DNA of 64,000 nucleotides from Eledone cirrhosa (Eukaryota). Below, piece by piece: positions 54,840-64,000 of the stretch. The stretch is taken from NCBI GenBank assembly GCA_964016885.1, contig OZ024742.1:10850001-10914000 (forward strand), given 5' to 3'. Both the position numbers and the translations under genes were made by a program. Under the pieces are notes generated by a model. That model did no database searches. It saw only the letters and a list, made by a program, of their open reading frames with translations, and was not told the origin of the DNA. The first letter of the stretch is position 1, and every line of letters starts with the position of its first letter.

Positions 54840-56092
54840 CATACACTACATACATACACTACATACATATATTACATACATACATACATTAAATACACTA
54901 TGTACATAAACACTACATATATTACATACACTACATAAATTACACACACTACATACATTACATATACTACACACATTACATATACTACATACACTACATA
55001 CATTACATACGCTACATACACTACATACATTACATACATTACACACTACATACACTACATATATTACATACATTACATACACTACATACATTACATACAC
55101 TACATACACTACATACACTACATACATTACATACATTACATACATTACATACACTACATACATTACATACATTACATACACTACATACACTACATACATT
55201 ACATACATTACACATTACATACACTACATACATTACATACACTACATACATTACATACACTACATACATTACATACACTACATACACTACATACACTACA
55301 TACATTACATACACTACATACATTACATACACTACATACATTACATATATTACATACATTACATACATTACATATATTACATACATTACATACATTACAT
55401 ACATTACATACATTACATACATTACATACACTACATACATTACATACATTTCATACACTACATACACTACATACACTACATACACTACATACATTACATA
55501 CATTACATATATTACATACACTACATACATTACATACATTACATACATTACATACACTACATACATTACATATATTACATACATTACATACATTACATAC
55601 ATTACATATATTACATATATTACATACACTACATACATTACATACATTACATACACTACATACATTACATACACTACATACATTACATACACTACATATA
55701 TTACATACATTACATACATTACATACATTACATACACTACATACATTACATACATCATACACTACATACATTACATACACTACATACACTACATACATTA
55801 CATACATCATACACTACATACAGTACATACACTACATACACTACATACATTACATACATCATACACTACATACATTACATACACTACATACATTACATAC
55901 ACTACATACACTACATACATCATACACTACATACATTACATACACTACATACACTACATACATTACATACATCATACACTACATACATTACATACACTAC
56001 ATACATTACATACATTACATACACTACATACATTACACACTACATACATTACATACATTACATACACTACATACATTACACATTACATACAT
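54840..56092. repeat. 9-bp tandem array (tacatacat/tacatacac)
   Basis: Direct inspection. Confidence 0.95.
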
Positions 56093-56479
56093 AGCCCAGC
56101 TATATCTGTGTTCTTTAATATACTAATTGCTACACAGGGCTTCTATTTCCCAGTTATTTTACATATGAGTGTGTGTAAGCCCATAGCCATTTAGATGTTG
56201 CATAACCCTGCTCTCCCCAATTCCTTCCATCCCCTTCGTCCCCTTCCATCCCCTTCATCCCCCTACTTTTCTTTCCCCCTCCTCCCTTTCAATTGTACAC
56301 CTCTAAATTTATAATCTTCAACTCTTTGTCTTCCTCTTGTCCTCCTCCTCCCCTACTTATATATAAACCTTACACTCTCTCTCTCTCTTGTCCTCCTTCT
56401 CCTCTAATATAAACCTTACACATTTTCTTTCCTTTTTGTCCTCCTTAAACCTCACACACTCATTCTCAAGCCTCTCACC

Positions 56480-56750
56480 AACCGACCACCACCACTATTA
56501 CCAACCCTAGCAGCACCACCACCACCACCACCATTACCAACCCTAGCAGCACCACCACCACTATTACCAACCCTAGCAGCACCACCACCACCACCACCAC
56601 CACCATTACCAACCCTAGCACCACCACCACCACTATTACCAACCCTAGCAGCAGCACCACCACCACCAACCCTAGCAGCACCACCACCACCACCACCATT
56701 ACCAACCCTAGCACCACCACCACCACTATTACTAACCCTAGCACCACCAC
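56480..56750. repeat. Variable-unit repeat attaccaaccctagca(gca)(cca)n
   Basis: About 8 units. Confidence 0.9.
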
Positions 56751-56849
56751 TAGTCCCAACATAATTAATTAACCCTTAATATAGGTTTATCTATTGGTCA
56801 TTGTATCTTTTGTTAATCCTCTCATTCTCTATTCTTATTAATATCTCTT

Positions 56850-57635
56850 TCTCTATCAATCAGTCTATCTCTCTATCTCTCTTTCTCTATCAGTCTATCT
56901 CTCTCTCTCTCTCTATCAGTCTATATATATATATCTCCCTCTACCAGTCTATATATATATATATATCTCTACCTCTATCAGTCTATATATATATATATAT
57001 ATCTCCCTCTATCAGTCTATATATATATATCTCCCTCTATCAGTCTATATATATATCTCTCCCTCTATCAGTCTATATATATATCTCTACCTCTATCAGT
57101 CTCTCTCTCTCTCTATATATATATCTCCCTCTATCAGTCTCTCTATATATATCTCTCCCTCTATCAGTCTCTCTATATATATCTCTCCCTCTATCAGTCT
57201 ATATATATATCTCTCCCTCTATCAGTCTATATATATATCTCTCCCTCTATCAGTCTCTCTATATATATATCTCCCTCTATCAGTCTATATATATATCTCT
57301 CCCTCTATCAGTCTATATATATATATATATATATCTCCCTCTATCAGTCTATATATATATATCTCTCTCCCTCTATCAGTCTATATATATATATATCTCC
57401 CTCTATCAGTCTATATATATATATCTCCCTCTATCAGTCTCTCTATATATATCTCTCCCTCTATCAGTCTCTCTATATATATATCTCTCCCTCTATCAGT
57501 CTATATATATATATCTCCCTCTATCAGTCTCTCTATATATATCTCTCCCTCTATCAGTCTCTCTATATATATATCTCTCCCTCTATCAGTCTATATATAT
57601 ATATCTCTCCCTCTATCAGTCTATCTATATTTCTC
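56850..57635. repeat. Compound repeat ctccctctatcagtct(at)n
   Basis: About 28 variable-length units. Confidence 0.93.
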
Positions 57636-58371
57636 TCCATCTCAAATCAGCCATCATTCACTTACATACATTGCCAGCAACCACTTGTACACCACAACTA
57701 CAACTTCTACTAGCACTACCATTTGCTACTTCTATCTGCTAGTACCATTGGCTATTACTAGTACCATTTGCTACTACTAGTACCTTTCACTAGTACTATC
57801 TGCTAGTACCATCTGTTGCTACTAGTACCACTTGCTAGTACCATTTACTAGAGCCATGAACGAAATCTTACAACAACACAAACGACAATGTACCCTTCCC
57901 CCACAACCATTATTGACATTTAACATGGGTGTGGGGTCACAAAATATGTTTTTCTAAGGGGAGGTCAAGAACTATTTGTGGATTAAATTGACTCACCTGG
58001 CAACCACCTACCTTGTAATTGACCAGGTAAACAATACCATTGCTACAATCACCACCACCACTACTACTACTAACACACTTCAATTTATAACTTACTACTA
58101 CTAATAGTAGTAGTACTACTACAACTACTATTACTAACAATACCACTACAACTTCAACAGCAATATGAACAAAATAAGGTTTAAATCTACAATATTACTT
58201 AGCATAACAACAACAACAATTATAACATTACATACTATTGCATCAACCACCACCACTACTATTACTACTATTATTACCAAACAACCACCAACACCACTAC
58301 AACTATTACCAACACACTACTGCATCAACCACCAACACTACCAATACTATTATCAACACTAATACAAGTAC

Positions 58372-59076
58372 TAGATACTACTACTACCACTAGCACTACT
58401 ACTACTACAACCACCAACTCTACTACCAATACTACTACAACTATAACTACAACTACTACCACCAACTCTACTACCAATACTACTACAACTATAACTACAA
58501 CCACCAACTCTACTACCAATACTACTACAACTACAACCACCAACACCACTACCACCAACTCTACTACCAATACTACTACAACTACTACCACCAACTCTAC
58601 TACCAATACTACTACAACTACTACCACCAACTCTACTACCAATACTACTATAACTACAACTACTACCACCAACTCTACTACCAATACTACTACAACTATA
58701 ACTACAACTACTACCACCAACTCTACTGCCAATACTACTACAACTACAACCACCAACACCACTACCACCAACTCTACTACCAATACTACTACAACTACTA
58801 CCACCAACTCTACTACCAATACTACTACAACTATAACTACAACTACTACCACCAACTCTACTACCAATACTACTACAACTATAACTACAACTACTACCAC
58901 CAACTCTACTACCAATGCTACAACCACCAACACCACAACCACCAACACCACTACCACCAACTCTACTACCAATACTACTACAACTACAACCACCAACTCT
59001 ACTACTACCACCAACACTACTACCACCAACACTACCACCAACACTACAACTATAACTACTACCACCAACACTACAA
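58372..59076. repeat. Trinucleotide-based minisatellite (accaccaactctactaccaatactactacaact...)
   Basis: Produces a spurious poly-Val ORF on the minus strand. Confidence 0.93.
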
Positions 59077-59839
59077 CAAAAGCGGAACTAGATCCAGTTC
59101 TCTACAGGAAGACTGTAAATAATAAAATACATAATTTTACCATTTTGACTTTAGTTTCGTTATTTCATTATTGTACTTCAATATTGGGTTGTTGTGTGTT
59201 GTGTGATGTTATTGTGTGTTGTGTGATGTATATTGTGTGTTGTGTGATGTATATTGGGTTGTTGTGTGATGTACTTCAATGCTGTATGTTATTGTATGTT
59301 GTTATTGTGTGATGTACTTCAATCTTATTGTATGTTGTACTTCAATATTGTATGTTGTGTTGTACTGCAATATTATGTTTTTGTATGCTATTCTGTGATG
59401 TACTTCAATATTGTGTATTGTTGTACTTCAATATTTTATATTATTATTGTCATTCACCAGAAGAGAAACATGAGAGTGGTGAGAGAAGTGCAGCCTTCTA
59501 ACCAGTTTGTTGAAAGGTAGGTGAGAGAGGGAATCATGATCTGAGTGAATGGGCTTACCTTGAGTATGTACCTTTATATTGGAGGAGGACAACAGAGAGG
59601 GCACTTACCTTAGCAGTCAAGGTTATTGTGGCCTTTCTCCCTAAGTAACCCTGGGAGGTATGACCCTTTTGGGGAATTTGTTGTGTTTTGATATTTTAAA
59701 TGTATATTTTTTTTTTAGTCTTTGTTATAAATCTTTCTTACACACACACAAAACAACAAAACTGTACCGTCCTGTACCACCTTGTTGTTTTAATGTGAGC
59801 CCTGTCTGGCTTATAAAGAAACCATTCTTATTATTATTG

Positions 59840-62800
59840 AGACAGCAGTGCTACAGAGGAGTACTATCAGGTTGTAACAGGTTCTATTGCTATGACAGTG
59901 CTATAGAGGTGTACTATCAGGTTGTAACAAGTTCTATTGGTATGACAGTGCTACAGAGGAGTACTATCAGGTTGTAACAGTTTCTATTGGTATGACAGTG
60001 CTACAGAGGAGTACTATCAGGTTGTAACAAGTTCTATTGGTATGACAGTGCTACAGAGGAGTACTATCAGGTTGTAACAGTTTCTATTGGTATGACAGTG
60101 CTACAGAGGAGTACTATCAGGTTGTAACAGGTTCTATTGGTATGACAGTGCTACAGAGGAGTACTATCAGGTTGTAACAAGTTCTATTGGTATGACAGTG
60201 CTACAGAGGAGTACTATCAGGTTGTAACAGTTTCTATTGGTATGACAGTGCTACAGAGGAGTACTATCAGGTTGTAACAGGTTCTATTGGTATGACAGTG
60301 CTACAGAGGAGTACTATCAGGTTGTAACAAGTTCTATTGGTATGACAGTGCTACAGAGGAGTACTATCAGGTTGTAACAGTTTCTATTGGTATGACAGTG
60401 CTACAGAGGAGTACTATCAGGTTGTAACAAGATCTATTGGTATGACAGTGCTACAGAGGAGTACTATCAGGTTGTAACAGGTTCTATTGGTATGACAGTG
60501 CTACAGAGGAGTACTATCAGGTTGTAACAAGTTCTATTGGTATGACAGTGCTACAGAGGAGTACTATCAGGTTGTAACAGGTTCTATTGGTATGACAGTG
60601 CTACAGAGGAGTACTATCAGGTTGTAACAAGTTCTATTGGTATGACAGTGCTACAGAGGAGTACTATCAGGTTGTAACAAGTTCTATTGGTATGACAGTG
60701 CTACAGAGGAGTACTATCAGGTTGTAACAATTTCTATTGGTATGACAGTGCTACAGAGGAGTACTATCAGGTTGTAACAGGTTCTATTGGTATGACAGTG
60801 CTACAGAGGAGTACTATCAGGTTGTAACAGGTTCTATTGGTATGACAGTGCTACAGAGGAGTACTATCAGGTTGTAACAAGTTCTATTGGTATGACAGTT
60901 CTACAGAGGAGTACTATCAGGTTGTAACAGTTTCTATTGGTATGACAGTGCTACAGAGGAGTACTATCAGGTTGTAACAGGTTCTATTGATATGACAGTG
61001 CTACAGAGGAGTACTATCAGGTTGTAACAGTTTCTATTGGTATGACAGTGCTACAGAGGAGTACTATCAGGTTGTAACAATTTCTATTGGTATGACAGTG
61101 CTACAGAGGAGTACTATCAGGTTGTAACAGTTTCTATTGGTATGACAGTGCTACAGAGGAGTACTATCAGGTTGTAACAGGTTCTATTGGTATGACAGTT
61201 CTACAGAGGAGTACTATCAGGTTGTAACAATTTCTATTGGTATGACAGTGCTACAGAGGAGTACTATCAGGTTGTAACAAGTTCTATTGGTATGACAGTG
61301 CTACAGAGGAGTACTATCAGGTTGTAACAATTTCTATTGGTATGACAGTGCTACAGAGGAGTACTATCAGGTTGTAACAGTTTCTATTGGTATGACAGTG
61401 CTACAGAGGAGTACTATCAGGTTGTAACAATTTCTATTGGTATGACAGTGCTACAGAGGAGTACTATCAGGTTGTAACAGTTTCTATTGGTATGACAGTG
61501 CTACAGAGGAGTACTATCAGGTTGTAACAGTTTCTATTAGTATGACAGTGCTACAGAGGAGTACTATCAGGTTGTAACAGGTTCTATTGGTATGACAGTG
61601 CTACAGAGGAGTACTATCAGGTTGTAACAGGTTCTATTGGTATGACAGTGCTACAGAGGAGTACTATCAGGTTGTAACAATTTCTATTGGTATGACAGTG
61701 CTACAGAGGAGTACTATCAGGTTGTAACAGTTTCTATTGGTATGACAGTGCTACAGAGGAGTACTATCAGGTTGTAACAATTTCTATTGGTATGACAGTG
61801 CTACAGAGGAGTACTATCAGGTTGTAACAGTTTCTATTGGTATGACAGTGCTACAGAGGAGTACTATCAGGTTGTAACAATTTCTATTAGTATGACAGTG
61901 CTACAGAGGAGTACTATCAGGTTGTAACAGGTTCTATTGGTATGACAGTGCTACAGAGGAGTACTATCAGGTTGTAACAGGTTCTATTGGTATGACAGTG
62001 CTACAGAGGAGTACTATCTGGTTGTAACAGTTTCTATTGGTATGACAGTGCTACAGAGGAGTACTATCAGGTTGTAACAATTTCTATTAGTATGACAGTG
62101 CTACAGAGGAGTACTATCAGGTTGTAACAGGTTCTATTGGTATGACAGTGCTACAGAGGAGTACTATCAGGTTGTAACAGGTTCTATTGGTATGACAGTG
62201 CTACAGAGGAGTACTATCAGGTTGTAACAAATTCTATTGGTATGACAGTGCTACAGAGGAGTACTATCAGGTTGTAACAGGTTCTATTGGTATGACAGTG
62301 CTACAGAGGAGTACTATCAGGTTGTAACAGTTTCTATTGGTATGACAGTGCTACAGAGGAGTACTATCAGGTTGTAACAGTTTCTATTGGTATGACAGTG
62401 CTACAGAGGAGTACTATCAGGTTGTAAAAGTTTCTATTGGTATGACAGTGCTACAAAGGAGTACTATCAGGTTGTAACAGGTTCTATTGGTATGACAGTG
62501 CTACAGAGGAGTACTATCAGGTTGTAACAAGTTCTATTGGTATGACAGTGCTACAGAGGAGTACTATCAGGTTGTAACAGGTTCTATTGGTATGACGGTG
62601 CTACAGAGGAGTACTATCAGGTTGTAACATGTTCTATTGGTATGACAGTGCTACAGAGGAGTACTATCAGGTTGTAACAAGTTCTATTGGTATGACAGTG
62701 ATACAGAGGAGTACTATCAGGTTGTAACAGGTTCTATTGGTATGACAGTTCTACAGAGGAGTACTATCAGGTTGTAACAAGTTCTATTGGTATGACAGTG

Positions 62801-64000
62801 CTACAGAGGAGTACTATCAGGTTGTAACAGATTCTATTAGTACTCCTCTGTAGCACTGTCATACCATCAGGTTGTAACAAGTTCTATTGGTATGACAGTG
62901 CTACAGAGGAGTACTATCAGGTTGTAACAGGTTCTATTAGTACTCCTCTGTAGGACTGTCATACCAATAGAACCTGTTACAACCTGATAGTACTCCTCTG
63001 TAGCACTGTCATACCAATAGAACTTGTTACAACCTGATGGTATGACAGTGCTACAGAGGAGTACTAATAGAATCTGTTACAAACTGATAGTACTCCTCTG
63101 TAGCACTGTCATACCAATAGAACTTGTTACAACCTGATAGTACTCCTCTGTAGAACTGTCATACTAATAGAATCTGTTACAACCTGATAGTACTCCTCTG
63201 TATCACTGTCATACCAATAGAACTTGTTACAACCTGATAGTACTCCTCTGTAGCACTGTCATACCAATAGAACATGTTACAACCTGATAGTACTCCTCTG
63301 TAGCACCGTCATACCAATAGAACCTGTTACAACCTGATAGTACTCCTCTGTAGCACTGTCATACCAATAGAACTTGTTACAACCTGATAGTACTCCTCTG
63401 TAGGACTGTCATACCATCAGGTTGTAACAAGTTCTATTGGTATGACAGTGCTACAGAGGAGTACTATCAGGTTGTAACAGGTTCTATTTGTATGACAGTG
63501 CTACAGAGGAGTACTATCAGGTTGTAACAAGTTCTATTGGTATGACAGTGCTACAGAGGAGTACTATCAGGTTGTAACAGGTTCTATTGTTATGACAGTG
63601 CTACAGAGGAGTACTATCAGGTTGTAACAAGTTCTATTGGTATGACAGGGCTACAGAGGAGTACTATCAGGTTGTAACATGTCCTATTGGTATGACAGTG
63701 CAACGGAGGAGTACTATCAGGTTGTAACAAGTTCTATTGGTATGACAGTGCTACAGAGGAGTACTATCAGGTTGTAACAAGTTCTATTGGTATGACAGTG
63801 CTACAGAGGAGTACTATCAGGTTGTAACAGGTTCTATTGGTATGACAGTGCTACAGAGGAGTACTATCAGGTTGTAACAAGTTCTATTGATATGACAGTG
63901 CTACAGAGGAGTACTATCAGGTTGTAACAAGTTCTATTGGTATGACAGTGCTACAGAGGAGTACTATCGGGTTGTAACAGGTTCTATTGGTATGACAGTG
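59840..64000. repeat. 50-bp satellite, more than 80 copies, runs off the window; contains internal inversions
   Basis: Unit gtactatcaggttgtaacaRNttctattggtatgacagtgctacagagga. Inverted segments at 62838-62866 and 62938-63416. Confidence 0.98.

Noticed and set aside
56480-56750. Telomere-like aaccct motifs
   Set aside because: Single ccctag per variable unit, not tandem TTAGGG.

Overview
Repeat-rich animal genomic DNA. The repeat landscape suggests a coleoid cephalopod such as Octopus, but this is inference only. The window holds 13 coding exons (3709-49037, + strand, all GT-AG and phase-consistent, 552 aa plus stop) of a secreted class-2-like semaphorin with Sema, PSI, Ig and C-terminal helix regions; its 5' exons lie upstream of the window. 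Introns and flank contain about ten unrelated minisatellite arrays (roughly a third of the window), RTE and CR1 LINE fragments, tRNA-headed SINEs, a Helitron-like element, hAT and piggyBac-like MITEs, and a Penelope-type RT remnant. Four observations stand out. (1) Short elements sitting in (TA)n tracts carry minimal hammerhead-ribozyme motifs, and several have fold-back arms that begin at or within the ribozyme. (2) A 50-bp satellite records 29-bp micro-inversions and a 421-bp inverted duplication. (3) The semaphorin appears to have lost disulfide cysteines in pairs from its PSI and Ig domains. (4) Several minisatellites arose inside transposons. All long ORFs in the supplied track are repeat artefacts.
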